Positions 8,196 to 16,790 of a stretch of DNA of 32,000 nucleotides are shown here, in pieces. Under the pieces are notes generated by a model that was given only the letters and a program-made list of their open reading frames with translations, made no database searches and was not told the DNA's origin. Source of the stretch: Candidatus Iainarchaeum sp. (GTDB lineage: Archaea; Iainarchaeota; Iainarchaeia; Iainarchaeales; VGJJ01). Position 1 is the stretch's first letter, and each line of letters starts with the position of its first letter. The stretch spans positions 90,001-122,000 of the forward strand of contig JAUYHT010000006.1 in NCBI GenBank assembly GCA_030688545.1, read 5' to 3'. The translations under genes were made by a program, and so were the position numbers.

Positions 8196-9283
8196 TATTT
8201 ATTCCTCCATACTTCCAGATATACTTTTTCGACCGCTTTGCCAACTTTTTCCCAGCTCCATACGAAAGAACTGTACGTGGAGGGTGAGGACCGAAGCAAT
8301 TTTATCAATCCTTTTGCAACCTCATCTTTTGAATCAGGATTCCTAATTCCCATGGCAGCGCCATGGGCCACATATTCATGCATAACCCCTTTATCGGCCA
8401 GTAGGATAGGCAATCCGGCCGCGGCGGCTTCCCCGAATACGATCCCTTGGCTTTCCGCATCCGTTAGAAGAGCGAAAACTTTCGCGCTACGAAATAGTTT
8501 AATCAAGCAAGGGCGCTCGGAGAAATGATAAGACCCATGAAATATGACCCTGTTTTCTAATCCTAATCGCCGAGCTTGTTCCTTCAATGCATGTTCCTCC
8601 GGCCCGGTGCCGACGATGTGGAGTTCCGCTTGAGGAATAGAATCTTTCACCATCGGAAGAGCTTCGATAAGCCGGTGCATCCCTTTATTACGAACCAAAC
8701 GTCCAACACTCAAAATTCTCCCCGGCACGGCTTTCCGGGGAACGCGATGAAATTCTTCCACATCGATTCCATTGGGGATGATAATAAACCTCTCCGAAGG
8801 AAGGGGTAGTTTTTGCTTAAAATATTCATATTCCCATTTGGATACGCAGATGACTCGGTCAATCTTATGAGAATAAAATTGGTAGAACCACAGCAAGGGG
8901 AATCGCAATGCTTTTCGTAGCCATGAGGTCGTTCCACTTGAGTTCATGGTGATGATGAGCAATTGACCTTTTTTCTTGGCGAGAATCCCAACAACGCTTA
9001 CGAGATTATTGAACCCGTTACAATGGATTATTTCCCCATCGAATGAAAGAAGGACGGAATAGAGAGCAGGTGAGAAGAAGTAGGTTTCACTGGGCGCGAA
9101 AGCGGGAAACTCATTAATTTGTAATCCTTCGAATACGGTTTTTCTTTCTGGTTTGGGGGCGGTACAGAAAATTTCCACTTTATGTCCTTTGCACTGAAGG
9201 TATTTTCCTATGTGGAGGACATTCTGTTCGATTCCAGCCGCTTCATGCCGGATTGTCCGCGGGCTAAGAAGTGCTATTTTCAT
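8195..9283 (-). CDS. GT4 family glycosyltransferase
   Basis: 362-aa GT-B architecture. 'ILSVGRLVRNKGMHRLIEAL' and 'LLTDAESQGIVFGEAAAAGLPILLADKG' correspond to the GT4 EX7E region. Confidence 0.85.
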   Translation of the reverse strand: MKIALLSPRTIRHEAAGIEQNVLHIGKYLQCKGHKVEIFCTAPKPERKTVFEGLQINEFPAFAPSETYFFSPALYSVLLSFDGEIIHCNGFNNLVSVVGILAKKKGQLLIITMNSSGTTSWLRKALRFPLLWFYQFYSHKIDRVICVSKWEYEYFKQKLPLPSERFIIIPNGIDVEEFHRVPRKAVPGRILSVGRLVRNKGMHRLIEALPMVKDSIPQAELHIVGTGPEEHALKEQARRLGLENRVIFHGSYHFSERPCLIKLFRSAKVFALLTDAESQGIVFGEAAAAGLPILLADKGVMHEYVAHGAAMGIRNPDSKDEVAKGLIKLLRSSPSTYSSFVWSWEKVGKAVEKVYLEVWRNK

Positions 9284-10211
9284 TTACAATATCCCTCCAT
9301 TTTGGAATGGGAATGCGAGATAGCAATAAGAGAGTCAGAATAAATGATAAAGCAATACCGACTCCGCTGTTAAGCGCTCCCACAGCCAATGCGATATCGC
9401 CTGGAACCCCGAATCCTTCTAACAAAACTACGAAAAGTCCTTCCCTTAATCCCAAACCGTTGAAAGAAAGGGGTACCATCCCGATGAGGAGCACCAGACT
9501 CACTATGGAAACCATGACTTCCAAAGGGATGTAAAAGCCTGCCTGCCCTATCAGGAGATGAGCCACCAATGCCTGAGTCAGGAGTCCGCTTCCTACCAAT
9601 CCAATAAAAACGAGCAGTCGCAAGGGGTTTCGTCCGAGTCGCTGTACGAGACCCCCAAATCCAATGAATAATCCCGTATGGTGTCGCAGGATAATTCGTT
9701 TGACTACGTCCCGACCCCTTTTCGTGAAGAATGTCCAGAATGTGACTATTATGAGAATGCCCGCTATCATCAAATAATGTTCTAATCCCCCTACCCATCC
9801 CCAAGTGGCCAAACCGGCAATTCCGAGGCCGAAAGCAAGGGTCACAGTAGATAATTTTGTCAGCATTACAATAGCCGTACTTTGACCGACAGTAACATTT
9901 TCTTTCTTGAGGAAATAAGCAATGGAAAAAGCGCCCAGCTTTCCAGGAAAATAGAATTCGGCTACCCAGCTATACAAGTAATAGCGGAGCATCTTCAGGA
10001 ATGGGATGGGAACCAATCCATTTAGTAGCCACCACCCGTTCAAAGCATTCAATAGGATGATGATTCCAAAACCAGTGGCTGAAATCCCTATCATGAGAGG
10101 CGCCACTCTAATCAATTGCGCAAAGGCTTCAAGAGGTTGTGCATACCAGAAAAGAAATGCCAATAGGATTAGACTGAAACCGATGCGTAATCCTTTTTCT
10201 GAAAATTTCAT
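9264..10211 (-). CDS. Flippase-like polytopic membrane protein (lysylphosphatidylglycerol-synthase TM-region / UPF0104-type)
   Basis: About 8 hydrophobic segments. The C-terminal 'PLSFNGLGLREGLFVVLL' resembles the conserved GxGxxE motif of that family. I prefer ATG 10211 over TTG 10217; it lies 2 nt after the stop of the upstream gene. Confidence 0.55.
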   Translation of the reverse strand: MKFSEKGLRIGFSLILLAFLFWYAQPLEAFAQLIRVAPLMIGISATGFGIIILLNALNGWWLLNGLVPIPFLKMLRYYLYSWVAEFYFPGKLGAFSIAYFLKKENVTVGQSTAIVMLTKLSTVTLAFGLGIAGLATWGWVGGLEHYLMIAGILIIVTFWTFFTKRGRDVVKRIILRHHTGLFIGFGGLVQRLGRNPLRLLVFIGLVGSGLLTQALVAHLLIGQAGFYIPLEVMVSIVSLVLLIGMVPLSFNGLGLREGLFVVLLEGFGVPGDIALAVGALNSGVGIALSFILTLLLLSRIPIPKWRDIVNENSTS

Positions 10212-10213
10212 TT

Positions 10214-11812
10214 TCAATGTTTCACCTGTAACACAAGAATATCCTCACTCCTGTAGATGGGTTCACCCCACCCAAGCAGGGGATTACCTATGAGACGTTC
10301 CTCTGGTCCGATAAAAACATAAGCGATGTTTTCTTCAGCCAAAAAATGGCGCATTTCATTAAGAGATAATCCCCCTGAATAGAATCTCTGCACATCCGCT
10401 TCTTTCGAGCCTCGTTCAAGCGTCTGGTTCCAGTGACCTAAATAGACAATATGATGAGTCATCCATGCGATATTATTTCCCGTCTTGTAGGAGGAAAGGA
10501 CCACCCCCCGTTCAAAAGTGTTCAGAAATTGGATCGCGTCGATCTCACTTTGACTCAAGTAGGGGCCGCTTTGAAATGAAACTTTGGTCACATCGAGGGT
10601 GTGTTGGTATATTACTCCTCCACTAGATGGGAGTGTGGCCAATAGGAATAGAACCCCCAACATCATGGGATTGATTTTAAAGAAATTTCCCCACCGTTTT
10701 CCATCTCTCTCGATGAAAGTTTTCAATCCATTCACTCCCAAGATGACGAGAGGGATAAAAAGTGCGGGTTGGAACCGTAATCCTTTCCAAGGATTCAATG
10801 TTAATATTAGCGCCGCCAGAACCCAACCCCAGAAAAAGGCGCTCTTCCAGTGGTTATCGAATTGAATGTGGCGAATGCCATATAGGGCGAATACGAGGAT
10901 GGCTCCATATCCGATGAACCACCAAAATGGATTTTCACTTCGGAGCCAGCTTCCGTAGCTAAAGAATACGGCCTCAAATACAGCATCCTGGAAGGCCCAA
11001 GCCAGGTAGATAATGATGGGTATCGATGCCAGGACACCAGTGATAGCGATCTTACGGATATGTAGGAAAGTTTCCTTAGTTGGATTGCCTAAAACGGCAA
11101 TTACTATTCCAGCAATTATCACAGGAACATAAGTGATAAAACTGATGGGATGGACAAAGAATAGTAATATTCCCATTATTCCGATGCCAACCAAATACTT
11201 ATTCTGAGATTCATGGATATATCGTAGAAGCAAGAGTAGCATCCCGAGGAAAATTACTTGCCCAGCAATGGCGAGTATGGAAAAGAGGTTTCCAAAAAGG
11301 GAATATCCGAGGGTGTATGTTACATCACTCGAATAGAGTACCGGCAAACCGGAAATTATCCATCGGGCCGCAAGATATACCCATCCCACCCCTCCACCCA
11401 AAGCCGTTACCCCAAAAGCGATGCGTCTCCATTTTTCGTCATGGAAGAAATGGCCTAAAAGATGCCAAACGAGCACCAAGAGCGCTACTCCAAGGAGGGT
11501 GCGCACAAGAGTTAAAGCGAGAGGGATACCGAGTGGGATGGAAATGATTCCGATGACCCAGAACAAAGGAAAAAAGAACCGTCCATCCTGGGGTTCGGAG
11601 GTCATTCGATTGGCGATAAATATGTCGAATGGATTTTCCTGGTAAGAGCGGATGTAGCTCCCATAATAATGAAAATCGTCAATGAAATCGAAACCCATGA
11701 AAATCTGTTGAGGCGGTTCGCTAGAGGCGTATCCTACAAGTAGTGGCACATTGGCTAATAGGATAACTGCCAATGCGAAAATCCAAACTATTTCAGGTGT
11801 CCTGAGTATCAT
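10214..11812 (-). CDS. Large polytopic membrane protein, GT-C-like (candidate lipid-linked-sugar-dependent glycosyltransferase or polymerase)
   Basis: 532 aa with at least 11 hydrophobic helices. An acidic motif 'FDFIDDFHYYGSY' follows TM1 directly, the position of the catalytic Asp motif in GT-C enzymes. A soluble tail of about 130 aa sits at the C-terminus. The family assignment is an inference. Confidence 0.45.
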   Translation of the reverse strand: MILRTPEIVWIFALAVILLANVPLLVGYASSEPPQQIFMGFDFIDDFHYYGSYIRSYQENPFDIFIANRMTSEPQDGRFFFPLFWVIGIISIPLGIPLALTLVRTLLGVALLVLVWHLLGHFFHDEKWRRIAFGVTALGGGVGWVYLAARWIISGLPVLYSSDVTYTLGYSLFGNLFSILAIAGQVIFLGMLLLLLRYIHESQNKYLVGIGIMGILLFFVHPISFITYVPVIIAGIVIAVLGNPTKETFLHIRKIAITGVLASIPIIIYLAWAFQDAVFEAVFFSYGSWLRSENPFWWFIGYGAILVFALYGIRHIQFDNHWKSAFFWGWVLAALILTLNPWKGLRFQPALFIPLVILGVNGLKTFIERDGKRWGNFFKINPMMLGVLFLLATLPSSGGVIYQHTLDVTKVSFQSGPYLSQSEIDAIQFLNTFERGVVLSSYKTGNNIAWMTHHIVYLGHWNQTLERGSKEADVQRFYSGGLSLNEMRHFLAEENIAYVFIGPEERLIGNPLLGWGEPIYRSEDILVLQVKH

Positions 11813-11820
11813 GTAAGTTC

Positions 11821-13356
11821 CTACGCAGAAGCCGTATCGACTTTCTTCCCCAGGATTCCCTTGAATACGGTTAATCCTTCCATGAGTGTTCGTACATCGC
11901 TCAACGACCTAATCCGGACGAATTTCTTGATGAGTATGCGGGGTCGAAGATAGAATTCTCGGAAAGCCTTTTTCTGATATTGGATAAGCGTCTCATAGGG
12001 AATTTGACTCTGTACAAGTAAGGGTTGTTTTGTCCCAAGAGGGATAAATTCTTCCCAAGGTGTCTGGGGGGTAATCAAGCCGCCTTCCAATGAAACAGAA
12101 TACAAATCAGTTCCGGGGTAGGGGGACGTAATGAAGAAAGTGGCGTTATCGATATCCAATTCCTTGGCAAAATTAATCGTGTCCTGCATGGTGTCTTTAG
12201 TTTCTCCAATATTCCCGAGCATAAAAGAAGAATGCACCTCAAATCCATGTTTTTTCATGAGAGCGATTCCACGACGCACTTGGTCCAACCGCAACGATTT
12301 ACGCATTTTATCCAAAACGTCTTGATTTCCGGATTCGATCCCCATACTGATTTGCACGCATCCCGCCTTCTTCATGGCGCGGAGCATGGGTTCAGTAACG
12401 GTATCGGTTCGAGCGAACGCGACCCATTTTGCTCCAAGATTTCGTTGCGCAATCTCCTCACAGACCTCGATGACTCTCTTCTCATTGATACCAAAAAGAT
12501 CGTCCATAAAATTGAATTCTTTCACCCCAAATTCATTGATGCAGTATTCCATCTCATCCGCAACATTCTGAGGAGAACGAAAACGCATTCTTCGTTTCCA
12601 TGTGGTCTTTGAAATGCAATGAATACAATCGAATACACATCCCCGTGAGGTCATGATGTTCATGGTGCTAGAGCTGTTTGATAACTTTTTGGAGGGGGCC
12701 GTGTGGTACCTTGTGACATCAATGAGATCATAGGCCGGAAATGGTATTGTATCCAAATCCTGTATTAACTCGTGCGCTGGGTTCTGCACTGGGTCACCGG
12801 ATCCGCTCTTGAATGCGATTCCTGGAATATCGGAGAAATCATCCCCTCCATCTCGTAGTCTTTGTACCAATTTCCGGATGATCTCTTCCCCTTCCCCTAT
12901 CACAGCGTAATCAACACTGGGATGTTTAACGCATTCCTTCGGGAACACCGTGGGATGCAATCCCCCCCAGACAACAATGGTTTTTGAATTCACTTTCTTT
13001 GCCAAATCGGATATCCTTTGGCAAATATTGACGGTCGGAGTGGGTACTGTGAATGTGACGAAATCAGGTTTGATGGTACGGAGTCGTTCCTCTATCTGAC
13101 TATCGGACAAACCATCTATTTCGCAATCTAAAATAGTCGTTTCGATCCCTGGTACGTATTTCCGGACATACGAGGCTATGTACATGAGCCCTAGGGGCAT
13201 GGCATGCCCACCCGATTCCTTGATTCCGAATGACGTGAGAAATGGGGGATTCAGCAACAGAAATCGTAGGGGGCGTGACACAGAAACCATGGATGAGGAG
13301 TCTGGGGACCGCATGTTAGTTGAATCGGATAAGGAGGGGGCCATATAGCCACACAC
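11821..13356 (-). CDS. B12-binding-domain radical SAM protein (RS2)
   Basis: 'TIVVWGGLHPTVFP', 'AVIGEGEEII', cluster motif 'RGCVFDCIHC', 'MRFRSPQNVADEM' and 'IESGNQDVLD'. Start uncertain: GTG 13356, or ATG 13344, 13314 or 13290. Confidence 0.9.
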   Translation of the reverse strand: MCGYMAPSLSDSTNMRSPDSSSMVSVSRPLRFLLLNPPFLTSFGIKESGGHAMPLGLMYIASYVRKYVPGIETTILDCEIDGLSDSQIEERLRTIKPDFVTFTVPTPTVNICQRISDLAKKVNSKTIVVWGGLHPTVFPKECVKHPSVDYAVIGEGEEIIRKLVQRLRDGGDDFSDIPGIAFKSGSGDPVQNPAHELIQDLDTIPFPAYDLIDVTRYHTAPSKKLSNSSSTMNIMTSRGCVFDCIHCISKTTWKRRMRFRSPQNVADEMEYCINEFGVKEFNFMDDLFGINEKRVIEVCEEIAQRNLGAKWVAFARTDTVTEPMLRAMKKAGCVQISMGIESGNQDVLDKMRKSLRLDQVRRGIALMKKHGFEVHSSFMLGNIGETKDTMQDTINFAKELDIDNATFFITSPYPGTDLYSVSLEGGLITPQTPWEEFIPLGTKQPLLVQSQIPYETLIQYQKKAFREFYLRPRILIKKFVRIRSLSDVRTLMEGLTVFKGILGKKVDTASA

Positions 13357-13399
13357 CCACTCACCCTTTTTAACAAAATCCCCTCGTGAGAGCGATGTA

Positions 13400-14083
13400 C
13401 TAATATTCGAGGGAATCCATCCGGTCGCCGATGAAAATAGTATAGAATCCTCGACCTACTTCCTTGTTGAAGGGTCGAAAAAATGGCAATGCCCATTTGG
13501 GTGTTTTGTTGGGAACGATGCTCCCATGTTCAGATAGATATAATTCTCGTAAACCGGCATTATGGGCGACACTCTCCAGAAACGCGGGCGTGAATTTGAG
13601 TGCCCCCCGTTCTTCAGGTACCACAAAGGAGAAGGCATACATCAATGGGTTCCGCGCATTCGGTTCGGATAGCACAACGTATTTTTTGGAGACGCGTACC
13701 ATCTCTTTTACCACTTCCAGCGGAGTTTCTACATGGTGAAGAAGATTGGAACAGAAAACCAAATCAAAACTCCTATCCTCGAACGGCAATCTTTCGGCAC
13801 GCCCCCGTATTAGTGACCGGTTTTCGTTGGATCCCAACATGACCCAACTCAAATCCAACCCGACCACATTTGGGGTGATCTCATGGAAATAATGGGTGAA
13901 GAATCCATTACCGCACCCGATATCCAATACCTTGGAATGGCCATCCAACCCCGTTTCTTTGGAAATGATCGCCACTTTAGGTTGGGCGAAAGCTTGCACG
14001 GCGGGATGAGTAGGATGTCGTTTATCACGAGGTTTCTCCCACCACGCCATTTGGTCTTCAAAATTGACGCGAGCTTCAATCAT
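13400..14083 (-). CDS. Class I SAM-dependent methyltransferase (MT2)
   Basis: Motif I 'VLDIGCGNGFF', 'GLDLS' and 'FDLVFCSNLLHHVETP'. 227 aa. Its start overlaps the upstream gene stop by 8 nt (ATGATTGA). It lies immediately upstream of RS2. Confidence 0.85.
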   Translation of the reverse strand: MIEARVNFEDQMAWWEKPRDKRHPTHPAVQAFAQPKVAIISKETGLDGHSKVLDIGCGNGFFTHYFHEITPNVVGLDLSWVMLGSNENRSLIRGRAERLPFEDRSFDLVFCSNLLHHVETPLEVVKEMVRVSKKYVVLSEPNARNPLMYAFSFVVPEERGALKFTPAFLESVAHNAGLRELYLSEHGSIVPNKTPKWALPFFRPFNKEVGRGFYTIFIGDRMDSLEY

Positions 14084-15803
14084 GGCTAGCCTCGATCAAG
14101 CGACCGGTTTGTATATTATATTGTCGAGATATTGAAATCTTTTTTTCGCGGTTCAGTTTTTCTAATATGCCATGGGGACATTCAAAAGCATGACTTTCTA
14201 ATTCAGGCTCTTGGAAATACAGGCTCTGGGGGACATATCGCACCGAGAATTCATCACCCAAAGTGAGGCGCATTATAGAACTATGAAAATCCACGGTGTT
14301 CAAGGTATCAATAATCTCGCATACATTGTCCTCGAAATGGATTTTCCGGGAATAGGGGATGGAAAGTGGCTTATTCTTCAAAATGATGCGCTCCCGTATC
14401 TTCCCTTTGATACGATAGGCAGCCGAGGTATTCGATCCTATGGTCAATAGGATTGAGCGTAAGACTATCATCTTGGAAGGGGTCGGCAATTCATTTACGA
14501 TGCGATGAATTCGCCCTTTTGCATGTAATATACTAGTATCAACCGTCTTCTGAGATTTAGGATCGATCCATTGGGAAGAACCTTGATTCCCTTTTTCGTC
14601 GAGGAGGCGAATTCCGCAATCGTTTATTGTCAGTTTTCCGGATGGTTTTGAAAACACTTTAATTACTCCCCCTTTAGAAAAATTGATGAGCGCATAAAAA
14701 TGAGGTCCGTTCCGTATCCAAATTCCAGCTTCTGGGAAAAAACGAGTGAATGGTTTTTCTTCCCATGGCAGCTTCACCGTCGATCGAACATTGTGACAAT
14801 CAATGGAGGATACCAGGAATTCATTGATGCGGTACGCTAAATATCGTCCCGGCATGATTCGCGGTGAAACCAATGACCCTTTTTCCAATCCCATCCGCAT
14901 GAATTCGGCCATTCGGGCGGCCACTGGATTCTTTCCCGCCCATTGTTCAAATCCATGCGGATAAAAATGTAAGGTTTGCCGGCTCCCCATAGTGCCACCA
15001 TAGTATCCGTTTGGATAAACGAAGTATTTGGCAAATTCAATAGCCTTTTCGATCGATGAATCAATTTTTTCTTTCCATGCCTTATCAACCTCAATTCCTG
15101 TCATAAAATGGGATAATTTGCTCATGAAACTGATGCTGGCTGAGAGATACCCCATATCAGCTCCATCGTATTCCAGATACCAACCTTCCTTGGACTGGAG
15201 ACTAAGGAAAAAATCCAATTTAGCCCCAAAATTAGAGAGAACAGTCCGATCTCCCGTAACATGAGAATAATGGTAAATAGGCAACAAGGCCATGGCGTGG
15301 TGATTGGCAAGGATACCATGTTCATCATACGTCGACAAGAAAATCGCGGCATTTCGACAGGTCGCTAGAAAAGATTTTTTGAATTCAGGATCCATCTCAT
15401 CTGACAGTAATTCAAAGGACCCCATCATGGCATGCAAGAGGAATCCCGTGGGACCGGCCCAACCATGTTCATTTGGGTAAAATTCATCAAAACTGCCATC
15501 TTTATTCTGAATTTTTTGCCAATACCTCATCATGGCAAACGCCCAATCACGAATTTTCGGTTGTCGATAAAATGGATTGTTGACATAGGAGTACGTGTAT
15601 ACTAATGCAAGGGCATGAACACCATATTGGTAGATGGAGGAAGGAAAATCGATCGCTTTATCCAACCAGAACATCCGGTCTCCGCACCCAAAAGTTTGAG
15701 AATAGGCATTCCGGTCTATCATGCTGAGCAGTCTAGGTAATTGATCCAATGCTTCCCGCGCATAAACATCATTCAATTGCTTCAATGGCACAATATCAGA
15801 CAT
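14076..15803 (-). CDS. Hypothetical 575-aa soluble protein, with possible alpha/alpha-toroid N-terminal half and beta-rich C-terminal half (heparinase II/III-like architecture is only a guess)
   Basis: Long uninterrupted ORF, translationally coupled at both ends. The ATG at 15803 overlaps the GT2 stop as ATGTCTGA, with GAGGA 5 nt upstream. The N-half is rich in aromatic/helix-repeat motifs ('GDRMFW', 'HGWAGPTGF', 'ILANHHAMALLPIY'). No catalytic signature that I can name. Confidence 0.5.
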   Translation of the reverse strand: MSDIVPLKQLNDVYAREALDQLPRLLSMIDRNAYSQTFGCGDRMFWLDKAIDFPSSIYQYGVHALALVYTYSYVNNPFYRQPKIRDWAFAMMRYWQKIQNKDGSFDEFYPNEHGWAGPTGFLLHAMMGSFELLSDEMDPEFKKSFLATCRNAAIFLSTYDEHGILANHHAMALLPIYHYSHVTGDRTVLSNFGAKLDFFLSLQSKEGWYLEYDGADMGYLSASISFMSKLSHFMTGIEVDKAWKEKIDSSIEKAIEFAKYFVYPNGYYGGTMGSRQTLHFYPHGFEQWAGKNPVAARMAEFMRMGLEKGSLVSPRIMPGRYLAYRINEFLVSSIDCHNVRSTVKLPWEEKPFTRFFPEAGIWIRNGPHFYALINFSKGGVIKVFSKPSGKLTINDCGIRLLDEKGNQGSSQWIDPKSQKTVDTSILHAKGRIHRIVNELPTPSKMIVLRSILLTIGSNTSAAYRIKGKIRERIILKNKPLSIPYSRKIHFEDNVCEIIDTLNTVDFHSSIMRLTLGDEFSVRYVPQSLYFQEPELESHAFECPHGILEKLNREKKISISRQYNIQTGRLIEASHD

Positions 15804-16749
15804 GGTATCCTCGATTCTTAACAATTAGTTGGGCCAAAATAGAAAAAATGAACATTTGGATTCCTCCAAGAATGAGGAGCGTGACAGTGGCGTCCATAAA
15901 TTGTTCCAAATAAAAATAGCTGTAAACTCCAATGCTAACCCCAAGTATAATCAAGCCTAAACCGAGAGGCAGTAGAGTTTTGCTAGGTTTGAAATAGGTA
16001 ACCACTCTCAGGATTAGACCGATGAAATTCAACCCATCCTTCACCACATTCATCTTTGATTTTCCCTTGCGTGCCGCATATTCGATAGGAATAAACTTTA
16101 CAGAATAATTGTTCACCATCGACCCTAAAGTAATTGTGATAGTGAATGAAAACCCCTGAGGATACAAATGATAGAATTCCATTCCTAACTCCTTTCGAAA
16201 CAGCCTCATGCCCGAATTTAGATCAGGTATTCGTTGTCCGACCAGGTATTGAGCAAGTGTAGATAGGACCATTTTACCTGGTTTTCTGAATAAAGAAATA
16301 TTCTGGCTCATCGGGTCCCGGGCACCGACGATCATATCATATCTATCTTTCCATTCCCAAAACTCAATCAACTTTTCGATAGGATAGGTCCCGTCCGCGT
16401 CCGTTATAAATATCCATTCCCCAGCGGCTTTTTTTAATCCTGTCTTGAGAGACGCTCCATATCCTCGATTCTGGGGATGAGATATGAGTATTATCCCCCC
16501 CACTTTTTTCAACACTTCAAGAGTGTTATCGGTTGACCCATCATCTATGATAATAATTTCCGCGTTTAAATGGATACGATCCAGCGATTTTTTTACTCTT
16601 CCGACGGTATCAAAAATCCCATGCTCCTCATTATAGGCTGGAATGATTATGCTCAATTCAATTTTTTCTATTGATGTTTTTGGATTGGCCATACTCATCA
16701 TTTGAGCGTTGTACGAAAGATGTCCGATGATATGATCATCGATCACCAT
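15796..16749 (-). CDS. GT2 glycosyltransferase, polyprenyl-phosphate sugar synthase type (GtrB/DPM1/ArnC-like) with C-terminal TM helices
   Basis: 'LSIIIPAYNEEHGI', 'IIIDDGSTDNT', 'ITDADGTYP', 'VGARD' and 'LNSGMRLFRK', plus two C-terminal helices ('LLPLGLGLIILGVSIGVY', 'VTLLILGGIQMFIFSILAQL'). The start could be an internal ATG (about 16692-16701). Confidence 0.85.
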   Translation of the reverse strand: MVIDDHIIGHLSYNAQMMSMANPKTSIEKIELSIIIPAYNEEHGIFDTVGRVKKSLDRIHLNAEIIIIDDGSTDNTLEVLKKVGGIILISHPQNRGYGASLKTGLKKAAGEWIFITDADGTYPIEKLIEFWEWKDRYDMIVGARDPMSQNISLFRKPGKMVLSTLAQYLVGQRIPDLNSGMRLFRKELGMEFYHLYPQGFSFTITITLGSMVNNYSVKFIPIEYAARKGKSKMNVVKDGLNFIGLILRVVTYFKPSKTLLPLGLGLIILGVSIGVYSYFYLEQFMDATVTLLILGGIQMFIFSILAQLIVKNRGYHV

Positions 16750-16790
16750 ATCTATATAAACGAACCGATAGACCCATCTTGGTGTACCTT

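Noticed and set aside
10214-11812. 'FWWFIGYG' resembles the WWDYG motif of STT3/AglB/PglB oligosaccharyltransferases.
   Set aside because: - The motif lacks the Asp.
- It lies within a hydrophobic, apparently transmembrane stretch rather than in a C-terminal soluble domain.

I treat it as coincidence unless structure prediction says otherwise.
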